64,000 nt of DNA, from contig OZ249438.1 of NCBI GenBank assembly GCA_965235115.1, positions 13,206,001 through 13,270,000 of the forward strand. Direction: 5' to 3'. Below, one piece after another: positions 33,201-45,257 of the stretch. Source of the stretch: Laetmonice hystrix. Lineage: Eukaryota. The position numbers and the translations under genes are program-made. The notes under the pieces are model-generated. The model did no database searches and was not told the DNA's origin. It saw only the letters and a program-made list of their open reading frames with translations. Each line of letters starts with the position of its first letter. Position 1 is the first letter of the stretch.

Positions 33201-36200
33201 GAGATCTAGAAGAGAGTGTTGTTTAGTGACTAGAGCAAGACCTGGGCCTGGTTCACAAACAAAGTCAAGTCAATTTTAATTGACTTGAAGTCAATTTTAC
33301 TTGAATCTGATTGGTTAAAATGTATTTCAAGTTAATTAAAATTGACTTGGACTTTGTTTGTGAACCGGGCCCGGAAGTGTTGTGAAACTGTGGATTATCG
33401 CTGTGGGATTACAAAAGCTGTCATATTTGGGCATTGAGCCGTGTAGGCTTACAGTTACAAGTCTTCAATTCGTGTGCTGGTGAAGTGTTGGTGACATCAG
33501 TGAAGGACTATTCCTGGAGTATCTGAACGTGTGCTGTGGACATTGTGATTGTGAAATCGACGGAGAAAACCAACTGGAACATTAATTGAACTCTCACTTG
33601 GATTTACATGTGAATCGGGAACGTTCTGGAATCACAGACAGGACAATAGACCACAATAGACGGTAGGAACCTTTCGGAAGGTAAAACACTGAGTTTTGTG
33701 ATTGTGAAGCAGACCATATTTTGTCATCATTGTGTAACTTAGACGGAGTATCGTCCCCAGTGTAGGGACGGACAGCGTTAACGCGCAAAACCCTACCTCC
33801 TATGTCAATCACTCGCTGTGCAAAATCCATCGTAACCACTGCCAGTTGAGGTGTCAATTCTAACGCAGCCCATCTTCTGTTCCTCTGCTGCACACTCTGC
33901 TGCTGAAATTTCGAATCGCGCTGGTTCACTGCCGTTAGCTGCCATACTGTTTGTTCTACTGCGCATGTTCAAAACATGCAGACAGGGCGACCAGCAGGGG
34001 AGCATTCATTATTCTAGACCAAACAGCAATTCCTCCATTATGGCGCCAAACTAAATAGCCAACGTGTGATATGACTGCTCCCTTCGTAAGCTTGACCCCG
34101 GATGTGGGTTTACAGAAATGGCGCCGGTTGTAAGACTATGGAAAGTGGTCGCTTGGTTTGGAAAATGGGCCGAATCTGTTGCTTAGAGGAACACCAAGTA
34201 AGTTCATTGGGCTCAGTAGCTGAAGGTAAAGGCAATCTTTTATTTGAAGTGTTGGAAGAGGTGCGGAAGCACATTCATTCTGCGCTAGAACGTTTGGTCT
34301 CGTAGCCCGTTCGCTAGAAGATAGGCCGTACACACGTACGGCCTATGTTAGAGGCTATGTGTAACTGTGAGGATTCATTAAATTGTTAAAATTAAATTCT
34401 GGTGTTTGTCATCTACTGCCGTTGGCTACGTAACAACACATAAACTCTCTGCACGCGCACCTTATTTTCCAGGTCAAATGACCAGAAACTTCCCGCCAAC
34501 ACTTTATCTTATCGTGTTGTAGGAAGTTATCATAAGAAATCGCCGCAAAGCGTGTAGTGTGAGGACACCTGTCGTACGATGATTCAGAACACGAAAACTT
34601 GAGACACGACAGGAAATCGTGCCCTACACATTTGCAGCCCAAAATCGTGTAGTGTGAGGCAGGCTTGAGAAAATCATGTAGTGTGAACCAGGCTATGCGA
34701 GTTACGCAAGCCTACGATTCCTTACGCGGTCTAAAGCCTGATTTGATTGGTCAGTTATCATCTGATGGTGCTGCCCCCTAGGTTTTTGGGTTTGCTTTAG
34801 ACCTTCCGCGCTCTTCCGAGTGCTTACAAACTCTTTATGCATCTTCCGATATGTTACGCGAGGCCACGCACCATGCACTCTTCCGATAATATCTAACATT
34901 TTTGATCTGCTCGTAAGGAGGTCCCGAGAGGGCTCTGGCACTCGTAAGACGTCCGAAACCTTCGGAACACTCGTGAACGCTCGTAATGATTGATTAACTT
35001 AAAATGCTTGCGTGTATTCCCCATTTGGATTTTTTCCTCGGAAGAGCTCGTAAGACCGCGCAAGGGATGAATCGGAAGCATCGCAACGCAAGTGGATCAC
35101 GTCCATAATCCTACGACCATGTAAGACCTACCCACGACTATGACTGAAGGAGGATGGGCGCGAGGGGATAGGATAAGCTGAAATGTCACCTTTTTTTCGA
35201 AATGTTTGCCATCTCAAAAAGATCCAATAAAAATAGACACCACAGGTCTATACAAGCCGGATAGAAGGCCACGTAAGCAGGGTATAATTATAAGACTGAA
35301 GACCTTGCCACGACTATGTTCGGTCGCGGGACTATACAAGACCTTAAAGTGGCATCGTACGTAATTTCGAAAATAAAACACTTACCTGTCACCCACAGCA
35401 ACCTACTGACATACATGTGAAGAAACACTGTTGCTGCAGTACTGCAGTATGATGATCTTTGTTAACTAGGATTTGGACCGAAGCTACAACATGATAATTA
35501 GCAGGAGTTTGAATTTGCCTCCGCTCTCCCAAAGGGGCGCTGCAAATTACTTCAGGTATCGCTCCACCATATTTGATCATCATCATACGCTTGCTTTGTA
35601 AATATGCCTCTGAGCGCTTTTAAGCGACGAAAGTCATTGTATGCAACAGCCAACAGAATCAGCTAAAAAGCTGAGAAAGAAGAAGTTGGACAGAAGACGT
35701 GACAGTGCTCGTGGCATTGAAATAGATCGGTGCATGGCCTCTAAACCCCACGCTCCGACTAGTCGGAGCGTCACCTGAAACTGTGAGAGTCACTGAAACT
35801 CAGCGTGAGAATTCCGCTGTTATACGGTTATCCAAAATGGCCAAGCGGTTCGAAGGTAGAGCGTTAGATTGCAACGGAGCCAGCTGAGCGTTTTCACATT
35901 ACATTTGGTTGGTCTCACTTCAATTTATTTGAGTTTTACATGTGACACTAAGCTGCTTTATATGGCAGGGTGTCGATATTACAGGTTTTAAAAACAATGT
36001 GCCTTTAAGGACTAGTCTCAAAACTTTGGGACCAGTCTGAACGGATTGCATGGTTAGGAAGCCCCTCGAAGAACCTCACCAGATTGGCCCATAAACCTCC
36101 GGACGGAACAATCTGTAAAGACTGACTGAAAGCTGGGCCTCTGGAACAATGCTTAAAAAAAACTAGGAGAAACCCCGACCACATTGACTGCGAGGCCTTT

Positions 36201-39200
36201 AGTCACAATCCGATCAGATTGGATAAGAAACCTCAGAAGACCCCAGAGCAACCTTTCGTCCTGATTGGCTGAGAAGACCCCAGGGCAACCCGCCGTCCTG
36301 ATTGGCTGAGAAGACCCCAGAGCAACCCACGGTCTTGATTGGCCGAGAAGACCCCAGAGCAACCCTCTGTCCTGATTGGCCGAGAAGACCCCAGAGCAAC
36401 CCTCCGTCCTGATTGGCTGAGCAGACCCCCAGAGCAACCCTCCGTCCTGATTGGCTGAGCAGACCCCCAGAGCAACCCTCCGTCCTGATTGGCTGAGCAG
36501 ACCCCCAGAGCAACCCTCCGTCCTGATTGGCTGAGCAGACCCCCAGAGCAACCCTCCGTCCTGATTGGCTGAGCAGACCCCCAGAGCAACCCTCCGTCCT
36601 GACTGGCTGAGAAGACCCCAGAGCAACCCTCCGTCCTGATTGGCTGAGAAGACCCCCAGAGCAACCCTCCGTCCTGATTGGCTGAGCAGACCCCCAGAGC
36701 AACCCTCCGTCCTGATTGGCTGAGCAGACCCCCAGAGCAACCCTCCGTTCTGACTGGCTGAGAAGACCCCAGAGCAACCCTTGGCTGATAAGTTGCCATA
36801 CCGTAGAGTCCGTCGGTCAACTGCCCCGTCACGTGGGAGTGGTACCAGTGAGTGCCCGCTGGTTCGGCCGTGAACCGGTAGGTGAGGCTCTGCTGGGGGT
36901 CGATGGGACACTGAGTAACCCGGGGCACTCCATCCATCCAAGGACTGCCCTTCTGAGTGATTCCGTGCCAGTGGACCGTCATTCCTTGCCGACTCATCTT
37001 GTTCGTCACCTTCACAATCACCTACCAGGGATCAAGGAAATCAAGGTTCAGGTCACCAAGACAACACAAGGAAATCAACGTCCTGTCCCACGTTAAAGGG
37101 GCATATTATGAGGAAACGTGAAAAATCGGTATTTCAAAGAACTTTTGCTGTTTTCATCAAGAGATCCTTCATTAATATTGCTTGGTAAACAAAGACAGAC
37201 TTATCAGTTTCATTTTGTGTGAGAAATCGAAGTTTATGAAGCTCCCTTGCCTGCTTCTCTGCCGATTTCGTAAAATATTTTTTGGGTGGCATTCTGATGC
37301 CGGACGATCAAGTGCAACTGCTGAATTGTTTACAACTAAGCGAAGCACGTGACTAATCACATGCAGAGAGTGCACACGCAGGATGTGACACAGTATGCAA
37401 TTACACGGGTTGATGGGAGGTTGTCTATAGCAAATTATGGCGGGAGATGTGCTATCGGGAGAAATCTATAGGTTTGGTCGTATAGAATCTACTTGTGCTG
37501 CATACGCAGCGAAAACACGTCGGAGGACAAAATGCTGTGGTAGGATTATTTACTTGGATCCCTAGTACACGATCATGTTGGATAATTGCCGGAAATCCTC
37601 CAAAACGTGTTTTATAGCATGCCCCTTTAATGACCAAAACATTTTCTGATATTACAGGCGTTTGGTTGCTGTGTACTTGTAGACTGCAAGGACTGAATTA
37701 TAGAATACACATGTAGTTAATTTCTGTAATTTTTTAAAGACAATTAAACAAGAGAATATAGAAATGACAAAAATATCCTAATTATCTATAAACATGTTTT
37801 TTTATAGTCCATGGCATTAGGAAATGGGAATCTTATTCGTGCACGATAGGGGTTATCTCCTCATTTCAAAGAGATAATACCGTTATGTATTGATTTAAAC
37901 GATGTGCATCACTTTTGTTTTATAAAATAAAATTATCGCTTGGAAAAATCTAACCACGTTTGTTTTAAAGGGGCATATTTGGGGAAACGTGAAAAATCGG
38001 TATTTCAAAGAACTTTTGCTGTTTTCATCAAGAGACCCTTCATTAATATTACTTGGTCAACAAAGACAGACTTATCAGTTTCATTTTGTGTAAGAAATCG
38101 AAGTTTATGAAGCTCCCTTGCCCGCTTTTCTGCCGATTTCGTAAAATATTTTTTGGGTGGCATTCTGATGCCGGACGATCGAGTGCAACTGCTGAATTGT
38201 TTACAACTAAGCGAAGCACGTGACTAAGCACATGCAGAGAGTGCACACGCAGGATGTGACACAGTATGCAATTACACGGGTTGATGGGAGGTTGTCTATA
38301 GCAAATTATGGCGGGAGATGTGCTATCGGGAGAAATCTATAGGTTTGGTCGTATAGAATCTACTTGTGCTGCATACGCAGCGAAAACACGTCGGGGGACA
38401 AAATGCTGTGGTAGGAATATTTACTTGGGGCCCTAGTACACGTTCATGTTGGATAATTGCCGGAAATCCTCCAAAACGTGTTTCATAGCATGCCCCTTTA
38501 AAGGTGCTATTCGTCTCGCACAGAATGGCATTTCTCCTATCATACATTGTGCACATAGTACGAGAAAAAATTCCTACCGATACCATTGGCCTGATAAACC
38601 TTCTATTAGTTTGTGTGCAGCATTTGAAACCTATCTCGGTGCGCACCGAGATAGAGCCATTTCCTATGGTGGGGCGTGTCAGGGTCTCCACAGGCCTTCT
38701 GAGAGAACCCCATTTGTGCCGTTATCCATGAAAAATTTTGATTTCCTTTGTTGTGAATCTATTTCCATGATAGGTTGGATCACATAAACGTCAACAAAAT
38801 TAAAAATAAAAAAATTGAATTTTTGTTCACGAATAGCACCTTTAAGACAGTAAACGCATGCATCATCTCCTGACTATACCAGCCGCACCTGTATATGTTA
38901 TTTAGTCTGTGTACTCACATCTTGTCACATACATGTAAATAAGTACATAGAGATTTTTAAGTTCTACAAAGGAGCTACGGCTGACCTATCTTCAAGGCGT
39001 TGCGCTCCACCAAGCTGGCGCTAACATATGCGTCGCTGGCACTAGACAGACGGGGTGGGGGGGGGGGGTTGTCTGGCCGGGTTGTAGTTGTTGATGTTGG
39101 GTCTATAAGGTAGTTCGAGCACAGTGCGTGTATACATAGCAGTTCTGTGTCCCGCAGTTCGTTTTAGGAAACTTTACTTTGATGTCTTATTGTATAAAAG

Positions 39201-39991
39201 ACGAAATGGGCATAGGGATTTTTTTTAAATGGGACCGGGAATATGGCATGTTCATGCACTGGCACTGGAAGATATTCAAAGTTGCATGGGAAGATAAGGG
39301 GGGGGGGGAGATTATATCAAATCAGAGAGGGCCAATGAGAAGGTGCGATTTAGACGCACTTATATACAGAAATATTTGTTCACGTTGAGTGAGGGTTGCT
39401 ATCTGGCAATAACATTTAATGTCAACGGCCATGCACCTATATTCATTAGCATCATGGCTACGACAGAGTCGTAGGCCTACATTTTAGTGTGATTCGTAGA
39501 TTACGCTCTACGTCCATTTCAGCCCTAAGACGTCCTAAAATCCTTCAATACACCTACCCTGCCCTCCCCCCAATCAGACCAAGTTTCTGCCCCCGCCCCT
39601 GTAGCATTGATCCTTGTAGGCCTACAGACCAGAGACCTACCTCAGCGCCTTCCATGACTTCGATGGCCGGTCCCGGGAACTGGTCGTTGATGGTGATAAT
39701 GTTCCGGCGATAACCATCTGCAGTGATCACCTCGGAAGCGTTGACGTACGTGCCGATGATCGGGTCGGGAGGCCGACGTTTGGTGTTAGCGATCACCTGC
39801 AGTCGTCGACCGTTCAGCCCGACGCTGTAACCGACGTTTTTCGGTGTCTTGTACACCATCGTGCTCGCGCCGCGAACGACGAAGTCGTACTTGCAGACAG
39901 GTGTAACGCAAACTTCCGACGAGGATAGGTCTATGAGGATGATGAGAAATGCCGCGAAAACTGGCGCGAAACGTCCACGACGTTCCGTCAT
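30141..39991 (-). CDS. Laccase-like multicopper oxidase (3-domain MCO), type I membrane protein, about 749 aa, 4 exons
   Basis: Exons 39991-39641 (351 nt), 37021-36802 (220), 32187-30652 (1536) and 30283-30141 (143) join in frame (2250 nt). Signal peptide MTERRGRFAPVFAAFLIILIDLSSS. All four MCO copper motifs are present: TVHWHG, WYHSH, HPMHIHGH, WLVHCHMNHHLEGGM (axial Met). C-terminal TM IGGAVGLVLAGMVAAIIPIFCYVCC followed by RRTTKR. Confidence 0.92.
30652..32187 (-). CDS. MCO exon 3 (cupredoxin domains 2 and 3, 1536 nt)
   Basis: catgaag|GAATCTTC...CCATCAG|gtaagg; overlaps the provided 520-aa ORF. Confidence 0.93.
32287..33200 (+). mobile_element. MITE family A, one near-full copy plus an adjacent partial copy
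   Basis: High similarity to 1-492; about 22-bp TIR (a)agcctgcctcacactacacga; TTA/TAA flank. Confidence 0.75.
33245..33372. mobile_element. Palindromic GGGCC-ended MITE
   Basis: gggcctggttcacaaacaaagtc ... gactttgtttgtgaaccgggccc. Confidence 0.75.
34441..34694 (-). mobile_element. MITE family A, left half in reverse orientation with a duplicated terminus
   Basis: Reverse complement of 32287-32520; ends tcgtgtagtgtgaggcaggctt. Confidence 0.7.
34697..35340. repeat. Interspersed repeat; the segment 35149-35295 recurs at 40165-40310
   Basis: Shared ggaggatgggcgcgaggggataggataagctgaaatgtcacc...gccacgtaagcag block. Confidence 0.55.
36232..36790. repeat. 37/38-bp minisatellite, about 14 copies, directly after the MCO exon 2 donor
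   Basis: Unit cagagcaaccctccgtcctgattggctgag(a/c)agacccc(c). Confidence 0.95.
36802..37021 (-). CDS. MCO exon 2 (HWH and HSH motifs)
   Basis: ggtag|GTGATTGTG...CTCTACG|gtatgg; VIVKVTNKMSRQGMTVHWHG...WYHSHVTGQLTDGLYG. Confidence 0.92.
37097..37626. mobile_element. TTAA Kolobok-like MITE family B, copy 1
   Basis: ttaa|aggggcat ... atgcccct|ttaa; highly similar to 37969-38497. Confidence 0.8.
37969..38497. mobile_element. TTAA Kolobok-like MITE family B, copy 2
   Basis: ttaa|aggggcat ... atgcccct|ttaa. Confidence 0.8.
38502..38841. mobile_element. TTAA Kolobok-like MITE family C, sharing a TTAA with family B copy 2
   Basis: 13-bp TIR aggtgctattcgt / acgaatagcacct; TTAA at 38498-38501 and 38842-38845. 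Confidence 0.8.
39641..39991 (-). CDS. MCO exon 1 (signal peptide and start of cupredoxin domain 1)
   Basis: ATG at 39991; ...ITINDQFPGPAIEVMEGAE|gtag. Confidence 0.9.
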
Positions 39992-40657
39992 TTTGACTGA
40001 GGAGCAGACGACTGCCAGACGCTGAGATCAGTCCGCGACGCTCCGAGGCAGACGATAATCTGACGACACTTGGGAACTGGTTGTGAATACAGCGCAAACA
40101 ACAGTCATGAATGGACGTGCCCAGTGTGAGTTGGTCGGGTCGTTTGTGTGCGACCCAACTTGGAGGAGGATGGGCGCGAGGGGATAGGATAAGCTGAAAT
40201 GTCACCTTTTTCGAAATGTTTGTCATCTCAAAAAGATCAAATAAAAAGAGACACCACAGGTCTATACAAGCCGGATAGAAGGCCACGTAAGCAGTTTATA
40301 ATTATAGGACCTTATCTATAGTCGGCCGAATCTTCACTCTCATCGATTTGCACACATTTCATCTTTTCTCATTCTACGCTCTGCTAAAGAAATTCAAAGG
40401 TTTAAAGCTGGGGATGTTTATTTAGTGAATGGAAAGGACTTGGACGTCACCAGATCCTGACAACAATGATATGGAGGTGAATGTTATTGAGAAGCGTAGC
40501 CTATACTAATGTCACAATCTCAGTTTTTCTCTGTGGAATGACGCTTGAGTGGACTTACGTAAAGGTGAGGAGGTTCCGTTTCTGCTTGTGCAAAGTTCAA
40601 TGTCGTGATGCTATAGTGATGCTATACCATTCAATAGAATCTAAGCGCTATAATTAA

Positions 40658-41106
40658 AGGGATGGAAAACACACACGGCAAATACGCGGTTCGTAGACCA
40701 AATGGAACACCAGCACTTACCTCAGGGCAATAAATGCCACAATTACTTTGTTTGAATGAAGTAACGTGTAACTGCCCGATGTGTGACGCCGCTGGTTCTG
40801 ACCTGGACCTGCTTGTGTGTTCATCACCTCGGACGTTTACAAACGTTGGGACTCCAAACATCGTGAAGACAAGGTCTGTGAGCAGAGTAACATGTAATGT
40901 TACGTAATATGCCGTGGTGTGCAGCATTCGGCTCTGATGAACACACAAGCAGGTCAAGGTCAGAACCAGCGGCGTCACACATCGGGCAGTTACACGTTAT
41001 AATTACTTCATTCAGACAACGTAATTGTGGCATGTATTGCCCTGAGGTAAATGCTGGTGTTCCATTTGGTCTACGAAACCTTATTTGCCGTGTATTTTCC
41101 ATCCCT
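40658..41106. mobile_element. TTAA fold-back element with about 170-bp inverted arms
   Basis: ttaa|agggatggaaaa...gtgtgttcatc / gatgaacacac...ttttccatccct|ttaa. Confidence 0.85.
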
Positions 41107-41889
41107 TTAAAAAGGGGCCTAAATATCGTTTGGAAAGATGAAGCAGCTATATTATGTATAGTTATTTATCGACAGAATTACAAAGCCCATCCGAGCTCCA
41201 CGAAGTGTGCCTTCTTGCATCTTAATCCGCCGTTGGTAAATTTCAAACGTTGTCACCTCAGTTATTGAAAAAGGCGTTCTTTGTCCACCCCCGTCTTTCG
41301 TTTCTATGCAGTGCAGGACAATGACCTTTATTGGAAGTTTCTGGTAATACTCGGCATTCTACGCGTCTCTCAGCATCGTGATGTTCTGTTTACTTTACTC
41401 GACTTTTTTTTAACATAGACTATAAGTCTGGTATTTATCCCTGCTGCCTTTAGGGTCAAGGATCCTTCTGCGCAAATAAAAACTGCTGCATCGGCGTAAC
41501 GTCAGGGACGAGATCCGTGCGTATAACAAAGCAGCATGTGGGTTTACCACTTTTTTGTACTTCAGCTGAGAACTTGATAGAGCTTTACAAGTGCAGGGGG
41601 GTCACATGGTCGGCCCGTTCTAGACATTTAGGTCGTTCGTGCATTAATGTATTCCTACTTTATCAAAACATTTCGTCGGTCTAAACAATTTCTACAAAAT
41701 GTGCGGAAATTTCATCACACTATATAGTGATAATCTATATATTGTAGGCTCACAATGAGAGGGGCTACATTTGGAATTAGTTTTCTATATATTTGCAGCA
41801 AGAGAAAGTGTTTGCTTGTCGCCCCCCAAGTCCTACCTGCCTCTCCCCAAATTTCTTCCTACCCCCAGTGTCAGCCACCTTCCCCTGCC

Positions 41890-42020
41890 TCTGCTCACTC
41901 GGTCATTCACTCACTCAACCCATTCACTCACTCAACCCATTAACTCAGTCATTCCCTCACTCATTCCATTCACTCATTCAACCCATTCACTCACTCATTT
42001 CCTCACTCATTCCATTCCTT
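41890..42020. repeat. Low-complexity (TCAC/ATTC)-rich degenerate repeat
   Basis: tcattcactcactcaacccattcac repeated imperfectly. Confidence 0.6.
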
Positions 42021-42199
42021 ATCTCAGCAGACACCGCTAGGAGAAGACCTATTATATCGAGGCCGAGGTCGGTCGTATATCTAGGCCTTCTCCCCCCCCC
42101 CCCCCCCACCGACCGTTTGGTGCTGGCAAACACTTCCAACCCGAGAGATCCTTTGTAATATTCTAAAGGTGATGCCGGTATGTATACAGTACGCGTCCC

Positions 42200-42722
42200 A
42201 AGCCTATACTTCACACGTCTACACGATCTTCTAACGGCACGACAAGAATATGTGAGATACGACAAGACAGAACAAATTTCCTTGTGTTGTCGGTGTTATA
42301 TCGCGTCGGTTGGCCGAACGATTGTACACGGCACGAATCTGTCTTGGCGTATCGTGGGGGGTTCGGTCGTTTTTCTTGTCGTGTCGTAGAAAATCGTAAT
42401 GTGTGAGAAGGTCCTGCCTTGTCGTGTAGTAGACAAAAATGTGTCGGGAAGAATCGGTGCATATCGTATAGGAAACGGGTGGTTTTCGTGTCGTAGCTCT
42501 TCTGTGCGCGCACCTCATGTCCCCCTAGCTCATGCCATTTTCCAGGTCAAATGACCAGAAACTTCCGCCAACACTTTGTCTTATCGTGTTGTAGGAAGTT
42601 ATCGTAAGAAATCGCAGCAAATCGTGTAGCGTGAGGACAACTGTCGTACGATTATTCACAACAGAAACTTGAGACACGACAGGAAATCGTGTCCTACACA
42701 TTCGCAGCCCAAAATGCAGGCT
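42200..42722 (-). mobile_element. MITE family A, reverse orientation, degenerate ends
   Basis: Reverse complement of the 32287-32842 copy. Confidence 0.7.
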
Positions 42723-42752
42723 TAACTCGTAGGCCTACACCCCTCACCCAAC

Positions 42753-44216
42753 CAGGGATGAAAGTGGCCAGCTGTAAAATTTCCTGAAATCCTGACCGGG
42801 GGGGGGGGGGGGGGGAGCGGCGGGGGCCAATGTCCATAATTAATATTTGTTCATGCGCACATCCAAGGCTTACCCCCCCCCCCCCCTTAAAAAAAGTCAG
42901 GCTAGGAACAGCAGACAATCATGATCCGATAAGGCCTCCTAGCTATTATATATTATAGGGCCTAGCCCTCAGTATTTAGTCGCCACCCCCCCCCCCCCCA
43001 CCCCCCCCCCCTCAACCCCCCACCCCTGCAAATTTGCTGGATAGACTCCATCACTCATCAGTCCATGCCCCTGTTCAAGGCTGTTGCTTGCCTGTCACTC
43101 AGTGCATGTCAACCTCTGCCTGGCTCTGCCGTCTCTCTCCAACATTGGAATCCAGTCGGCTTTTAGCGTCCAAAATGCAACCGATTACGTTGTCAAACAG
43201 CTTCCATGTGTTAGACTGACCACACAGGCTGTCCATCAGTCTTGACCCTCAGCAGTCACGACCCTCAGCGGCTCTCAGCCAAGCAACACAGGCTGCTGAG
43301 TCGAGTGGTTCAGCCCGTGTGTCCATGTGCCACTCATGTTGTTGTGAAAATTGTCACTTCCGGTCTTATCAGGACACCTGCACTGATCGACAAATGTAAT
43401 GAAAAGTCCTGACAACCCCAAAACTTCAGTGAAAACCACTTACGTAATGCCACTATCCTCAAATTTATATGCAAGAACACATTATGAGAACTTACTGACA
43501 TATATACTAGGCAGATTCATAGAACTAAATTGACCCAGTTTCCTGTGAGGAGTGACATTGTGAGGGTGCATAGTTCGTCAGCCTAATCACTATCACCAAC
43601 GCCGGGACTAGACAGACCGGTCTGTCTATACTATAGTCTCGTTCACTAAGTGAGCGCTCAGGCAAAACTAGCGCATGGATATGGCATAATGGCAAGCCTG
43701 AATCAACGGGCTTCGCAGCTGCCTGACCATCAATTTTGCCTGAAGTCATTACCTGAGGTGAGTCGCTCTCACCACAGCGACACGGGGCCGTGCCTGCCAG
43801 ACGGGACAGACGCCACCGCGTGCCGGTAGAAGTCAGCCCACGCGGGCCGGTCTATGTGAGCGATGTCACCACAGCTACAGGGACCAGCACCCCCGGCAGA
43901 CCGGCCTATGCACGGTGGCACCCGTGACACTGAACGGGTTTGAGACACTCTAATATCCCCATCTATAAACGAACTTTGGCAGGTAGAGATATATTGAGCT
44001 GCATGGTGTTAAAAAACGTCCTGGAAGGGGATATTGTTTCATTTGATATTAATTGCCCACCACACAGTCCAGGGCAATACTTAGCCTTGGCTTAGGCCTA
44101 CCTCTTTTGCCTATAGATCTAGGCCTACTTCCTTTTTTGGGTGTTATTTCTTGGGGGGGGGGGGATTTTTTCAAATTTCCTGATTTCAGGAAATTTCCTG
44201 AAAACTTTCATCCCTG
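42753..44216. mobile_element. Non-autonomous hAT element, 1464 bp
   Basis: 13-bp TIR CAGGGATGAAAGT / ACTTTCATCCCTG and perfect 8-bp TSD CACCCAAC (42745-42752, 44217-44224); no transposase ORF. Confidence 0.9.
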
Positions 44217-44899
44217 CACCCAACATACACATAGGCCTAAACACTACCAGCACTGTGATGGCTAGAGCCTATACCTGTGGGAGCCTGAGTCAGCATAAGA
44301 TTGTTTGTTTTTATGACGTCCTGTCCGCAACCCTCGGTCCCCTTTAACAAGTTTTTCACATTTTATTTTGTATTTACATTTTTTCCGTAAAGATGATTTT
44401 GTCACGAATAGACCTCGGCCAAACCGGAATAACTGGAATTAATGGAGTTACTTTTCCAAAACTCTTCGGCAAATACATAGAAAGTTGTTTTTTCTTTTGG
44501 GGGGTGGGGGTGGGGGGTATTGGTGATAGTGTTGAATCGAATGAATGCCCTCGAGTAGGCCTAACCTAGGCCTACTTTATTAAAACACAACGTCGCAAAT
44601 AGAAATGTCGAGGTCCTATATGCGTGCGGCCAAATCATTCCAGTTAACACATACTCCTAATGTCTAATTGTAGGAAGGCCTTTTATACCTGACCAATTTA
44701 TATTTCACCCGGTCTCGGCGTCGCCTCACACCAACGCCTGGGTGACGGGCAACAGGGTCGTAATGCGGCAGCGCCTCCTAACGGGACTTTGGCGAAACTA
44801 GGCCTACAATCTGTGAAGGGATGCCTAATTTCATGATCACTTCAGTTTTCCCTACTTGACATGTGATTTTTAAACTATAACGGCGTTGGTGAGGCTTAA

Positions 44900-45253
44900 A
44901 GGGAATAGAAAAGTTCAAACTATCAATATAAGGGTGTTCAGCATGAACAAGCTTGTTCTTACCTACAATTCTGTGATTATCTGATCTTTAATAAAGGAAT
45001 AATCAACCGAAATGTAGAGACATTCTCCCGCTGGCTTTGTCCATTTGTTTGCCCTATTTGGCCCTTATCTCAATCTATTAATAGATATAGCTCCCGCTGT
45101 CTCGCGTGGGAAATAGCGAATGACCCGGGCGGTATTTTTAAAAAGTCGCTGCTGACAGTGTTCCACTTATCGGTGTGACCTTAAACACTTTATAGGCCTA
45201 TATGGTGTTACTGGTGGTAAAAGGTACTTTAGTGAGGAACTTTTCTATTCCCT
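44900..45253. mobile_element. TTAA Kolobok-like MITE
   Basis: 17-bp TIR agggaatagaaaagttc / gaacttttctattccct; flanks ttaa / ttga. Confidence 0.8.
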
Positions 45254-45257
45254 TTGA

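Noticed and set aside
35348-36006. Possible further TTAA element (ttaa|agtggcat ... atgtgcct|ttaa)
   Set aside because: The terminal inverted match is too poor to call.
36153-36801. ORFs through the 37/38-bp array, including the extension of MCO exon 2
   Set aside because: A canonical donor at 36802/36801 restores the conserved GLYG-IFVV junction with exon 3; the rest is intron read-through.
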